Positions 46,017 through 56,745 of a stretch of DNA of 64,000 nucleotides are shown one piece after another; the stretch's first letter is position 1; every line of letters starts with the position of its first letter. The notes under the pieces are model-generated. The model searched no databases, was not told the origin of the DNA, and was given only the letters and a program-made list of their open reading frames with translations. Source of the DNA: Bacteroidota bacterium (GTDB lineage Bacteria; Bacteroidota; Bacteroidia; UBA4408); contig JBAXQC010000001.1 of assembly GCA_037131955.1 (NCBI GenBank), positions 46,366-110,365 of the forward strand. The letters are read 5' to 3'. The position numbers and the translations under genes were made by a program.

Positions 46017-48302
46017 ATGAAAAAAAATAAACTATTTATTGTTGTTGTAATTTATCTATCTTTTCCTTTATTAATAAAAAGCCAAAGCATAGAGGGAAAA
46101 ATTACTGACGGGGAAAATGCCCTAGAAATGGTTGACGTTTATTTAAAAGGCCATAATTATTCTTGTAAGTCAGATTCAGTGGGCAATTACTCGTTAAAAA
46201 AAGTTCCATTTGGAACTTATATTTTAGAAACATCTATTGTTGGCTACACCAAATTTTCAAAAAAAATAAAAATAGATTCGAAACAGAACTACAAAATTGA
46301 TGTCAACCTAAGAGGTAATAAAATAGTGTTGAAAGAATTGGTTGTGAGTGGAACACTAAAACAGGTGAACAGAATGGAAAGTCTTGTTCCGGTTGAAGTA
46401 TACAACAGCAAATTCTTAAACAAAAATCCTAGTTCATGTTTGTTTGATGCCTTGCAAACAGTAAACGGAATAAGACCTCAGGTAAACTGTAATATTTGTA
46501 ACACGGGCGATATAAGGATTAATGGTTTACCAGGGCCATACACCATGGTTTTGATTGATGGGATGCCAATAGTAAGCAGTTTATCCACTGTTTATGGTTT
46601 ATCTGGAATTCCTAATGCAATGATAGATAAGATTGAAGTTGTAAAAGGACCGGCATCTTCCATTTATGGCAGTGAGGCAATTGGTGGATTGATAAACATA
46701 ATTACCAAAAAGAATAGTTCCTCGCCACAATTCTCATTCGATTCCTATGCCACTTCCTGGAGTGAGCTGAATACCGATGTGAGTGCAAAATTTAATATTG
46801 GGAATAAAATTAGCGTACTTACAGGCGTAAATAATTTTTATTTTAATAACGCAGTAGATAAAAATAAAGATGGGTTTACTGACATTAGTTTACAAAAAAG
46901 AATTTCTATTTTTCAAAAATGGAACATCGAAAGAAAAAACAACAAACAATTTTCTTTAGCAGCCAGATATTTTAATGAAGAAAGATGGGGCGGCGAAACC
47001 AATTGGCGAAAAGAATTTAGAGGAGGAGATAGTATTTACGGTGAAAGTATTTATACAAAACGATTAGAAATTTTTGGGAATTATCAATTACCAACAAAAG
47101 AAAAATTATTCCTAAGTTTTTCGTTAAACAACCACCATCAAGACAGCAGATATGGAACAAGTTCATACATAGCAAATCAATCTGTTGGATTTGCACAATT
47201 GGTATGGGATAAAAAAATAAATAAAAATGATTTTTTAGTTGGAGCAGCAATAAGAAATACAGTATATGACGACAATACTACAGCTACTTCATTAGAATTT
47301 GGTGGGTTAAACAATCCAAGTAAGATTTTTTTGCCAGGTATATTTGTGCAAAATGAGTACAAAATAGATTCTGCGCAATCTATCTTAACAGGAATAAGAT
47401 ACGATTACAACTCAGTTCATAAAAATATTGTTACACCAAGACTTGCCTATAAAATTATATTAAAAAATAAATCAATTATAAGGTTAAATTCGGGCACTGG
47501 TTTTAGGGCAGTAAATTTATTTACCGAAGACCATGCAGCACTTACGGGAGCAAGAAAAGTGGTAATTTTAGAAAATTTAAATCCAGAAAAATCTTTCAAT
47601 ACAAATCTCAACTACACTAAAAAATTTAGTTTTAACAATAAAAAAGAGCTAACCTTTGATTTATCTGCGTTTTACACCTATTTCAACAACAGAATAATAC
47701 CCGATTATCTCACCGACCCCAATCTTATAATCTATAAAAATATCAACGGATATGGAGTAAGCAGAGGACTATCCATGAATGTAGATTTTGATTTTAATGA
47801 AACCACCGATATTATTTTGGGCGGTACTTTTTTAGATGTGTTTATTAAAGAAAATCAACAAAAAAACCAACAGATTTTAACCGAAAATTTTTCTGCAAGT
47901 TGGACAATTTCTCATAAAATTGAAAAATATGATTTAAGAATAGACTATACCGGCAATTTATTTAGCCCAATGCAATTGCCTTTAATTGGAGAGCTTGATC
48001 CAAGAAATGAAAAGTCGCCGTGGTGGAGTATTCAAAATATTCAACTGGTTTTTTTCGGAATAAGAAACTTCGAGATCTATGGTGGTATAAAAAACTTATT
48101 TGATTTTTTACCCGGAAAAAACAATCCATTTTTAATTGCAAGAGCCAACGACCCATTTGATAAAAACATAAAAAAAGATTCAAACGGAAATGTAATTGTA
48201 ACACCAGATAATCCCTATGCATTAAGCTTTGACCCTACTTATGTATTTGCTCCAAACCAAGGAAGAAGATATTTTTTAGGATTGAGGTATAGTTTATTTT
48301 AG
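46017..48302 (+). CDS. TonB-dependent receptor (probably metal uptake)
   Basis: Carboxypeptidase-like N-domain; plug CNICNTGDIRING...IEVVKGPASSIYG; aromatic C-terminus. Confidence 0.92.
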   Translation: MKKNKLFIVVVIYLSFPLLIKSQSIEGKITDGENALEMVDVYLKGHNYSCKSDSVGNYSLKKVPFGTYILETSIVGYTKFSKKIKIDSKQNYKIDVNLRGNKIVLKELVVSGTLKQVNRMESLVPVEVYNSKFLNKNPSSCLFDALQTVNGIRPQVNCNICNTGDIRINGLPGPYTMVLIDGMPIVSSLSTVYGLSGIPNAMIDKIEVVKGPASSIYGSEAIGGLINIITKKNSSSPQFSFDSYATSWSELNTDVSAKFNIGNKISVLTGVNNFYFNNAVDKNKDGFTDISLQKRISIFQKWNIERKNNKQFSLAARYFNEERWGGETNWRKEFRGGDSIYGESIYTKRLEIFGNYQLPTKEKLFLSFSLNNHHQDSRYGTSSYIANQSVGFAQLVWDKKINKNDFLVGAAIRNTVYDDNTTATSLEFGGLNNPSKIFLPGIFVQNEYKIDSAQSILTGIRYDYNSVHKNIVTPRLAYKIILKNKSIIRLNSGTGFRAVNLFTEDHAALTGARKVVILENLNPEKSFNTNLNYTKKFSFNNKKELTFDLSAFYTYFNNRIIPDYLTDPNLIIYKNINGYGVSRGLSMNVDFDFNETTDIILGGTFLDVFIKENQQKNQQILTENFSASWTISHKIEKYDLRIDYTGNLFSPMQLPLIGELDPRNEKSPWWSIQNIQLVFFGIRNFEIYGGIKNLFDFLPGKNNPFLIARANDPFDKNIKKDSNGNVIVTPDNPYALSFDPTYVFAPNQGRRYFLGLRYSLF

Positions 48303-48338
48303 AATTCTTACTTTTATTAAAATTTATTCTCTGAATTC

Positions 48339-49028
48339 ATGAAATCATATTTTAAGATTTTTAAATTATTATTCATCATTAATCTTATTGGTTCAGGGTT
48401 TGTTTTTTCTCAAGAAAAAAAAATTCTGTTGCTTCCATTATCAAAAAAAATGATTGAGCTAGACAGAGGAACCAGAGAAATGTTTAAGTACAACAAAATG
48501 AATTTAGACTCGGTGAACACAAAGATTTCAGAATTGGTTACGGAACGATTCATAAGAAACTTTAATGAGTATAAAATAGAAAATATTTACGATAAACCTG
48601 AACTAAAATATTTAAACGATAGCTTGGTATTTTTTCAAAAATGGAACTCATTTAGAGTACAAGAATTTGAAAATTCAGGTAAATTAGGTAAGACGGTTAT
48701 TAGCAATGTTCCAAATGAAAACAAAAATTATATCGGAAGGTACATCGCTCAAAAGTTTGAAGATTCCATTAAGAATATTGTATTAAAAAACAACTACATA
48801 AATTTTGTATTGATTAATAAACTGGAAGTAAAGAATCAATTAAATTCAAACAAAAAAATAATAATACACTTTGAGTTTTATGATAAAAATGCAAAAAGAG
48901 TTTACGGTGGCAAACAAAGCACAACTATTTCAATAACAAAAAGAACTTACGGAAACGTATTTTTCTATTTTTTAAAAAATTGTTTAGACAGCCATTTCCA
49001 AAATACAAAACAAAACTATTTCCACTAA
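48339..49028 (+). CDS. Hypothetical secreted protein
   Basis: 229-aa ORF with signal-peptide-like N-terminus. Confidence 0.6.
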   Translation: MKSYFKIFKLLFIINLIGSGFVFSQEKKILLLPLSKKMIELDRGTREMFKYNKMNLDSVNTKISELVTERFIRNFNEYKIENIYDKPELKYLNDSLVFFQKWNSFRVQEFENSGKLGKTVISNVPNENKNYIGRYIAQKFEDSIKNIVLKNNYINFVLINKLEVKNQLNSNKKIIIHFEFYDKNAKRVYGGKQSTTISITKRTYGNVFFYFLKNCLDSHFQNTKQNYFH

Positions 49029-49081
49029 AGTTTTAATTCGTTATCACATTTAAACATCTTGATGGTGGATGTGTTCTTTGT

Positions 49082-49831
49082 GTGATGAACAAAAAAAAAC
49101 AGTCCATTTTTTTATCTGCCTCATGGGAAAATCTAATCATGATAAATTATGAAGTGAATTCAGAGATTCTAAAAAAATATTTACCAATACATACGGAACT
49201 AGATTTATATAAAGGAAAAGCAATAGTTAGTATAGTTGGATTTATGTTTAAGAACACTAAAGTTTTTGGATTAAAATGGCCCTTTCATACCAATTTTGAA
49301 GAAGTAAATTTAAGATTTTATATAAAACATTTTGATGGAGAAAAATGGAACAGAGGTGTTGCATTTATATCTGAAATTGTTCCTAAGCCAGCCATATCAA
49401 TTATTGCAAACGCTCTGTATAACGAACATTACAGCACTGCAAAAATGAAAAATTTACTCATAGAAAACGATGAAAATTTAGAGATAGAATACCATTGGAA
49501 AAGAGGCTCTAATTTTTGGAATTACATGAAAGTTGTTGCAAACAAAAAATTAAGTAAAATACCAGAAAATAGCGAAGAAGAATTTATTTTTGAGCATTAC
49601 AAGGGATACAATCAACTTGATGATAAAACAACCATAGAATATTGTTTGGAGCACCCCAGTTGGATGACTTATAAAGTAGAAAAATTTGAACTAAATTGTA
49701 ACGTTCAAAATTTATATGGAAAAGAATTTGTTCCTTTTATAAACCCATCACACCTAAGTTCAGTTTTCTTGGCTAAAGGCTCAGATGTAATTGTAAGAAA
49801 ACCAACCTATATAAGCATAAAAGAGCTTTAA
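49082..49831 (+). CDS. YqjF/DUF2071 family protein
   Basis: FLSASW, FEEVNLRFY and EFIFEHY motifs. Confidence 0.85.
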   Translation: MMNKKKQSIFLSASWENLIMINYEVNSEILKKYLPIHTELDLYKGKAIVSIVGFMFKNTKVFGLKWPFHTNFEEVNLRFYIKHFDGEKWNRGVAFISEIVPKPAISIIANALYNEHYSTAKMKNLLIENDENLEIEYHWKRGSNFWNYMKVVANKKLSKIPENSEEEFIFEHYKGYNQLDDKTTIEYCLEHPSWMTYKVEKFELNCNVQNLYGKEFVPFINPSHLSSVFLAKGSDVIVRKPTYISIKEL

Positions 49832-50516
49832 AGAGTTTAATGAAATTCCTAAATTTTACATTTTAAACAATCTAAATAGACGTTAATCAAAAAGTTATTT
49901 TATCTTTTTTTAATTGTGTCTTACCCAATTTTCTCAGCGCAGCTAAACCCACTCACTTTTTTACTCATATTTAATTTTTTCTTTATGGAATTCATGAGAA
50001 CGCTTCGCCTAGTGGACTTGATCAAAAAAGCAAACAAAAAATTCGCCTTAGCGAACAAGGCTTAATTTTGTATTTCCCTCCTCCGCAGAGGAGGAGGTAG
50101 GAATTGTTTTCATTTGCAAAATTGCCACCTTTTGGTTGATATCTGCCACGGCAGAGAACCGAGCTCTCAACTTCCCAAAGAAGCTGATTGGAAACATGCA
50201 GCAACATTTTGCTTCATAAAAATAAACAGATAAAATGAGGCCATTTGAAACTCCGAAAAAACACTTGTTTATAATACATTCAACAATTTACAGCAGAAAA
50301 AAAACCACTAAAACGCCTTGAATTAGTTCATTTTAATGGATTCTAAAGAATTTGAGGATCCACTAAATAATTGGTGTAAATGCATTACGCAGGTTTGCAT
50401 TTTTTTGAAAGTTGACTTTACTATTTATTAATAATTATAGTACTTTTGGCAAGTTATACCATTTATAATAACTTTGAAATGCCAAGCTTGATTTTACTAA
50501 AAAAAATAAATAAAAA

Positions 50517-51299
50517 ATGGAATTAATAAATTTTGATAGTTTAAATAAAAGAAAGGAAGAAATAAAAAAAGACTACCAATCGAAAAAACCTTTTAGGTAT
50601 GTAATGTTTGAAAATTTCTTCTTTGAAGAAAAAGCAGAGTTAATCTATCAAAATTATCCAGCAATTGAAAATGATGTTTGGGACGGAACAACTTATTTAG
50701 ATCAAAAAAATAAATTTCAAAAAACAAAATTTGAATCGGGTTCAATTTTGGAGAAAGTGTTTCAAGAATTAAACTCTACTGAATTTTTAAAATGGATACA
50801 AGATGTGTCTGGAATTGAGGAGCCATTAATTGCCGACGAAGAGCTTTTTGGCGGAGGATTACATCAATCAACCAACGGAGCTTTTTTAAATGTACATGTA
50901 GATTATAATTTTCATCCCACAACAAAATATCACAGAAGATTAAATGTTTTGGTTTATATGAACAAAGATTGGAAGGAAGAATACCAAGGACATGTTGAGT
51001 TATGGGATTTATCCAATGGAGATAAAGTTCAGTTAGGTAGATATGCTCCGCATTATAATAGATGTGTAATTTTTGAAACAAATGAAATTTCATTTCATGG
51101 GCACCCTAAACCATTGAATACCCCTAAAGGTGTGAACCGAAAATCTCTTGCTACCTATTATTACTCAAAAAGTAGACCTGAAAATGAGATAGCAAGTAAT
51201 CACAATACCCTTTACGTTAATACTGAAGGATTAGAGGGGCAAGTAAAAAGATTTACATCTGGAGTAAAGGCATTTTTAGAAAGAATAAATAAGAAATAA
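50517..51299 (+). CDS. 2OG-Fe(II) oxygenase
   Basis: GGGLH, HVD, SFHGHP and RKSLA motifs. Confidence 0.88.
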   Translation: MELINFDSLNKRKEEIKKDYQSKKPFRYVMFENFFFEEKAELIYQNYPAIENDVWDGTTYLDQKNKFQKTKFESGSILEKVFQELNSTEFLKWIQDVSGIEEPLIADEELFGGGLHQSTNGAFLNVHVDYNFHPTTKYHRRLNVLVYMNKDWKEEYQGHVELWDLSNGDKVQLGRYAPHYNRCVIFETNEISFHGHPKPLNTPKGVNRKSLATYYYSKSRPENEIASNHNTLYVNTEGLEGQVKRFTSGVKAFLERINKK

Positions 51300-51330
51300 T
51301 AACTTTTATAATTTTGGTTGAAGCTTAACA

Positions 51331-53175
51331 TCACTTCAACGATTCTAAGCTTCCACCTTTCTCAAACAATCTATCAACTCTTTTCTCTACCTCAGCGTCC
51401 TTTATTAATTCAGGGGCGTGATGTGGCTTTTTCCTGGCATCAATAATTAAATTTTCACAACTCCAATGCTTATTTTCAGTCGTTTCATTTACTCCGTAAA
51501 TATCATGCGAAGGATTACTTCTGGTAAAAGCAACCCAAAGAAAATTGTTTAAAGTGTCTGCAACAAATTTTGCATCATCTGCTATTATTATAAGGGGGAA
51601 ATTATTTATTTCTTGCTTAATGTTTTCTATCAAAAACTTCTTTATACTTTCAATTTCTACTTTTGCTTTTGAATAATTTTCAAATGGATTTAATTCAAGA
51701 ACTAAAACGCCGGGAATGGCTATAGTAATTTTTGAAATAAGAGGTGTGGAGGAGTTAAAAGCAGGCAATGATTTACCTAAAGTTCTGATAGGATTTCCTA
51801 TCGCAGCAAAAACAACTTTTGAACCGGTATTTAATCCATCTCCGCTGTAATCTAAAGTATCAATTGATGTATTGGTATAAAAATGTACATCTCTTTGTAA
51901 GTTTATTCTTTCTAAAATATGAATAAGAAAATCATCCTCGGGATGTGTATTAAGTTTAGGATTATCGCCTTCACTTGCAATAAATAAAAACTTTGCCAGT
52001 GAAAGTTGTCCTTTGCCTAAAATATGATTGGCAATAGTAAGCAATTCGCTTGGTCTTGGATTGTGTTGGTATGGAGTATATCTTTCATTACCTATTGCAA
52101 ACAACAACGGATGAACACCAGCTGCATCTACTGCATTTAATTGTTTAAGGCCGGGAATTTCTGAAGGCAAAACAGGACCCGTAATTTCATGTATTAATGC
52201 TCCAAAACTTGTGTCTTCTTGAGGCGGACGACCTACTACTGTAAATGGCCAAATTGCATTTTTTCGGTGATAAACATTCTGAACTTTTAGTAAAGGAAAA
52301 TCATGTTTAAGGCTATAATATCCTAAATGATCTCCAAAAGGGCCTTCAGATTTATTTTCGTTCGGAAATGCATAACCCGTTATAACAAAATCTGCATCAG
52401 AAGAAATACAGAAACCTTCTTTATCATAAAAATATCTAAAATTTCTATTGGCTAGTACACCCCCAAAAATCACTTCACTTAATCCCTCAGGCAAAGGCAT
52501 AACTGCCGCTACAGCATGAGCCGGAGGGCCACCAATAAAAATACTTACCTTCATTGGTTTGCCTAACTTATTCCATTTAGTTTGATGAACGCCAATGCCT
52601 CTGTGCAATTGGTAATGCAATCCAATTTCTTTGTCTAGTTCGTAATCGTTTCCATTGAGTTGAATTCTATACATCCCCAAATTAGAATTCATAATTCCGG
52701 GTTTGTCGGCATCCTCTGTATAAACAATTGGAAGTGTTACAAAAGCACCACCGTCCATGGGCCAATTTTTAATTAATGGCAATTCAGAAATTTTTGCTCT
52801 ACCAAAATCTACAGGCCTGGACAAAACAGATTTAATTGGCAAGGCAGATATGGCAGCAGCCCCTGCACCAAATGCAGAAATTGGATTTTTAATTATTGCC
52901 ATTGGATTACGCTTTGCCTCAACCAATGTTTCAACTTTTTTTATAGAATCTCTAAAAATAAATTTACTCCTGTCTAAGGTTCCAAACAAATTAGAAACAG
53001 CCCTAAATTTAGTGCCTTTTACATTTTCAAAAAATAATGCAGGACCTTGCAAATCATAAACCCTGCAATGTATTGAAGCCATTTCTAAATTAGGGTCAAC
53101 TTCCTCTTTAATTCTAATTAGGTGACCGTTTTTTTCTAGGTCATAAATACATTCTTCGGTGCTTTTGTAACTCAT
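51331..53175 (-). CDS. UbiD family decarboxylase
   Basis: NLGMYR, EGPFGDHLGYY, VGRPPQED and DTLDYS motifs. Confidence 0.9.
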   Translation of the reverse strand: MSYKSTEECIYDLEKNGHLIRIKEEVDPNLEMASIHCRVYDLQGPALFFENVKGTKFRAVSNLFGTLDRSKFIFRDSIKKVETLVEAKRNPMAIIKNPISAFGAGAAAISALPIKSVLSRPVDFGRAKISELPLIKNWPMDGGAFVTLPIVYTEDADKPGIMNSNLGMYRIQLNGNDYELDKEIGLHYQLHRGIGVHQTKWNKLGKPMKVSIFIGGPPAHAVAAVMPLPEGLSEVIFGGVLANRNFRYFYDKEGFCISSDADFVITGYAFPNENKSEGPFGDHLGYYSLKHDFPLLKVQNVYHRKNAIWPFTVVGRPPQEDTSFGALIHEITGPVLPSEIPGLKQLNAVDAAGVHPLLFAIGNERYTPYQHNPRPSELLTIANHILGKGQLSLAKFLFIASEGDNPKLNTHPEDDFLIHILERINLQRDVHFYTNTSIDTLDYSGDGLNTGSKVVFAAIGNPIRTLGKSLPAFNSSTPLISKITIAIPGVLVLELNPFENYSKAKVEIESIKKFLIENIKQEINNFPLIIIADDAKFVADTLNNFLWVAFTRSNPSHDIYGVNETTENKHWSCENLIIDARKKPHHAPELIKDAEVEKRVDRLFEKGGSLESLK

Positions 53176-53178
53176 AAA

Positions 53179-54486
53179 TTAATCTGCTAAACCAATAATA
53201 TCTGCTAATTGTTTAGCTTGATGAGTTCGGCTATACTTTTTTATTAGAGTATCTATATGATAGGTTTCAACTTTACCTAGTTCTAGAAATTGAGAAAATA
53301 TTTCATTTAAATAATTAAAAAGGCCATTTAAATCGGTATAATCGAACATTTTTCCTGCACCACATTGCTCAATTATTTCAGCGGCATCGCCATCTGCGGG
53401 ACCAATGGCAACAATAGTTTTTTTAGCAGCAAGGTATTCAAATAATTTACCCGTTAAAATTCCTTTATTATTTTTTGCTTGAGGAATTATCAAAAGTAAC
53501 ACCTCTGAATTTAATAATTCAGAAATGGATTGGCTGTGCGAAACATGAGGATGAAATTTAATTTTTAAATTAGGTATCACATTAAATTTTTCCTGAATTG
53601 ACAAGCTTGCATTCCCAAAAAAATCTAATGCAAACATCTCTTGAAATTTAGAAATACTAGAAAGATTTGTTAAAGCCTTAATCATTAAACTTATGGGATA
53701 ATCATTGGATAAGGTTCCCGTATAAACCAATCTAAAGCCATTATTTTTTGACATTGGAATATTTTCAAAATCATTTTGATCGTAGCCGTTAGGGATTACA
53801 AAAGTTTTGTTGGAGATGGGTTTTAACGATTTAGAAACAAATCTCTCTTTAATAAAATCACTGACCGTAATTATTGAATCACTTTTTTCTAAAACAGTTT
53901 TCTCAAATAATGCATCTTTTTTTTTTGCCCAGTTTGTATGATTAAATTCTTTGTAATAAAAGATTTCAGTCCATGGGTCACGTAAATCGGCAATCCAATT
54001 TATGTTTAATACTTTCTTTAATTCCAAACCAATTAACTGCGAAGAATGCGGTGGACTTGTAGTGATTACCGTTTTTATATTGTGAGCTAAAATTATTTCT
54101 TTCGCTTTTTCTAATGCATACTTATTCCATCCTATTCTGGCATCGGGAATAAAAAAATTACCTCTTACAAACTTTGAAATTTTTTGAATTAAACCACTTT
54201 TATTTTCATTAGTGAAACCAGCGTATGGAATCTGTTTTTTGGGACTCAATCGCTTGTACAAATTTAAAATCTCAAAAGACTTTGTTCTGTATACAATAAC
54301 ATTTGGCGACAATTCTTTTTCTAGCGAATAATCATAGAGCGGATAAGATGCCACCTTTTCATCCACAGTTATTACAATTGGTTGAATATTATTCTCCAGT
54401 AAATAATTGCAAAGCTTTAACCATCTTTGCACTCCTGCCCCACCCGCTGGTGGCCAATAATAAGTGATGATTAATACTTTTTTCAA
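53179..54486 (-). CDS. Glycosyltransferase (GT4-like)
   Basis: YYWPPAGGAGVQRW, PDARIGW, WIADLRDPW and GKLFEYL motifs. Confidence 0.88.
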   Translation of the reverse strand: MKKVLIITYYWPPAGGAGVQRWLKLCNYLLENNIQPIVITVDEKVASYPLYDYSLEKELSPNVIVYRTKSFEILNLYKRLSPKKQIPYAGFTNENKSGLIQKISKFVRGNFFIPDARIGWNKYALEKAKEIILAHNIKTVITTSPPHSSQLIGLELKKVLNINWIADLRDPWTEIFYYKEFNHTNWAKKKDALFEKTVLEKSDSIITVSDFIKERFVSKSLKPISNKTFVIPNGYDQNDFENIPMSKNNGFRLVYTGTLSNDYPISLMIKALTNLSSISKFQEMFALDFFGNASLSIQEKFNVIPNLKIKFHPHVSHSQSISELLNSEVLLLIIPQAKNNKGILTGKLFEYLAAKKTIVAIGPADGDAAEIIEQCGAGKMFDYTDLNGLFNYLNEIFSQFLELGKVETYHIDTLIKKYSRTHQAKQLADIIGLAD

Positions 54487-54495
54487 TGCTAATTA

Positions 54496-55116
54496 TTACT
54501 TTTTTAAGATTTCTATTTTATAATCTTCCATACCCAATTCAATCACTTTTAAAGCTTCTTCACGCCCATAAACTTGTACAATTTCGCAAACGTGTTCTTC
54601 AATTCCTGGCATATTCTTATAGGTTAAAAAATAATGTTTTAGTCGTTGTAAAATAGAGCTGGGAATATCTGAAATATCTTTAAAGCCTGTATAAAATTCA
54701 TCTTTAGCCATAACTGCAACAATTTTATCATCTGCCTCACCTTTGTCTATTAACCTGAAACCTCCAATTGGAATTGCCTTTAAAATTATATCTCCATGTG
54801 TAATATTTCTTTCTGATAATACGCAAATATCCAAAGGGTCACTGTCGCCATTTAAACTTTCTCTTTCGCTTTGTTGTGCAGAATAGGATCCAGACTTTTT
54901 TCCGCTGTAGGTTTGAGGGATAAATCCATACAAAGCAGGAATAATATTAGAAAATTTTTGAGGACGATCGACTTTCAAATAACCTGATTGCTTATCTATT
55001 TCATACTTTACCGTATCGGTAGGAACAATTTCAATAAATGCAGTTACAAAGTTAGGTGCTTCGTTACCTATAGATATTCCGTGCCAAGGATGAGCTTTAA
55101 ATTGAAGTGGTTCCAT
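54496..55116 (-). CDS. ppa: Inorganic pyrophosphatase (family I)
   Basis: HPWH, KYEIDK, YGFIPQT, DSDPLD and DDKIVAV motifs. Confidence 0.93.
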   Translation of the reverse strand: MEPLQFKAHPWHGISIGNEAPNFVTAFIEIVPTDTVKYEIDKQSGYLKVDRPQKFSNIIPALYGFIPQTYSGKKSGSYSAQQSERESLNGDSDPLDICVLSERNITHGDIILKAIPIGGFRLIDKGEADDKIVAVMAKDEFYTGFKDISDIPSSILQRLKHYFLTYKNMPGIEEHVCEIVQVYGREEALKVIELGMEDYKIEILKK

Positions 55117-55231
55117 TTTATTAATTTTAAATAGTTGTAAAATGTAAATACATTTGCGTCAAATTTAAGTAAGGGATTTAATCTTTCAAGAAAAATTTTA
55201 TTTGAATAAAAATAATTTAAAATATTATATC

Positions 55232-55957
55232 ATGACAAAATTTGGAAAATGGTTGGGTGGTGGACTTGGTTGGGCTTTTGGTGGTCCTATTGGGGCAATT
55301 ATTGGCTTTGCCATTGGAACAGTACTAGACGATACTAAAGTTGTTTCGGAAGCAGCTGGTGTTAGTGAACAAAACAGAATTAGCGACTTTGCTTCAAGTT
55401 TACTTGTGCTTGCAGCTGCAGTTATTAAAGCCGATGGTTCGGTTTTGAAAAGTGAGGTTGAATATGTAAAACAATTTTTTGTGAAACATTTTGGTGTTGA
55501 CCATACCAAACAGCAAATGTTATTGTTCAAAGAAATTCTAAACAAAGATATTCCGGTTGCAGATGTTTGTCAGCAGATAAAAAGCAATATGGAATTGGCT
55601 TCTAGAATTCAGTTGGTATATTTTTTATTTGGAATTGCATTAGCAGATGGAAGAATTGAAAAAAATGAATTAGATTCTATACATTATATTTCTCAAAAAT
55701 TAGGAATATCTGAGCTTGATTTCAATTCCATTAAAAGTATGTACATCAAACATACAGACAGCGATTATACCATTTTAGAAATATCCAAAGACGCAAGTGA
55801 CGAAGAAGTAAAAAAAGCCTACAGAAAAATGGCCGTTAAATTTCATCCGGATAAAGTTTCTCACCTTGGCGAAGAATATCAGGCAGATGCTAAAGTAAAA
55901 TTTCAAAAGGTACAGGAGGCTTATGATAATATCAAAAAAAGTAGAGGAATAAACTAA
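55232..55957 (+). CDS. DjlA-like co-chaperone (TerB + J domain)
   Basis: GKWLGGGLGW TM, KADG and HPDK; ATG at 55232 preferred over TTG at 55202. Confidence 0.88.
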   Translation: MTKFGKWLGGGLGWAFGGPIGAIIGFAIGTVLDDTKVVSEAAGVSEQNRISDFASSLLVLAAAVIKADGSVLKSEVEYVKQFFVKHFGVDHTKQQMLLFKEILNKDIPVADVCQQIKSNMELASRIQLVYFLFGIALADGRIEKNELDSIHYISQKLGISELDFNSIKSMYIKHTDSDYTILEISKDASDEEVKKAYRKMAVKFHPDKVSHLGEEYQADAKVKFQKVQEAYDNIKKSRGIN

Positions 55958-56745
55958 AAAGCAGCATCCAGTTTACTATTTACGCCAATTCCAAATAAAG
56001 AGAAATCATATTTTATAGGATCTTCCAAGCAAAATTCTCTCAACCTAAACGTTAATTCTTCTGCGGCCTTCCAATCGTTTTGTTTACGGCCCAATATTCC
56101 CAATTGCCTTGCAACATTTCCAGAATGAACATCTAAAGGACAATACAATTGAGATGGGTTGAGCTTCTGCCAAATTCCAAAGTCAACTCCTCTCCTATCC
56201 TGTCTTACCATCCACCTTAAAAACATGTTTAGCCTTTTGCAAGCAGAATTTTCATTGGGATTTGAAACGTGTTTAAAACTCCTATTTAGTTTATTTCCCA
56301 AGAACTCATTTCTAAAAAAATTAATCCCTTCTTTTATTGCATGTTCACTTGTATTAAACTTTGAAAATAATGTTTCTAAGCCTTTATGTTTTGTATATAT
56401 TTTTTGAAGAGATTTAAAAAAAAAGAGCAAATCTTTAGCATTAAATGTTCTGTGCACAAAGGAATTAATGGCTTTAGAATTTAGTTTTTCAAAATTAGTT
56501 TCCACAATAAATTCATACGGAGAATTATCCATAATTTTCATCAGAGTATCTCCATTTTTTAAAATACTTTTTCTTTGTCCCCAGGAAATTGTTGCCATTA
56601 AAAAAGCGCTTATTTCAATGTCTTCTTTTGTATTAAATCTGTGTGGAATAGAAATTGGGTCTAGTTCAATAAAATTAACGGTGTTGTATTTATCATGAGC
56701 CTCGTCTAAAATACTTTTTATCTCGGCAATTTTTAGAGGTGTCAT
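55954..56745 (-). CDS. TIGR02757/DUF2400 family protein
   Basis: DPISIPH, SACKRLNMFLRWMVR, PLDVH and DPIKYDFSLFG motifs. Confidence 0.9.
   Translation of the reverse strand: MTPLKIAEIKSILDEAHDKYNTVNFIELDPISIPHRFNTKEDIEISAFLMATISWGQRKSILKNGDTLMKIMDNSPYEFIVETNFEKLNSKAINSFVHRTFNAKDLLFFFKSLQKIYTKHKGLETLFSKFNTSEHAIKEGINFFRNEFLGNKLNRSFKHVSNPNENSACKRLNMFLRWMVRQDRRGVDFGIWQKLNPSQLYCPLDVHSGNVARQLGILGRKQNDWKAAEELTFRLREFCLEDPIKYDFSLFGIGVNSKLDAAF

Noticed and set aside
50022-50207. 61-aa minus-strand ORF
   Set aside because: No family motif, TTG start, and it overlaps hairpins; more likely non-coding.
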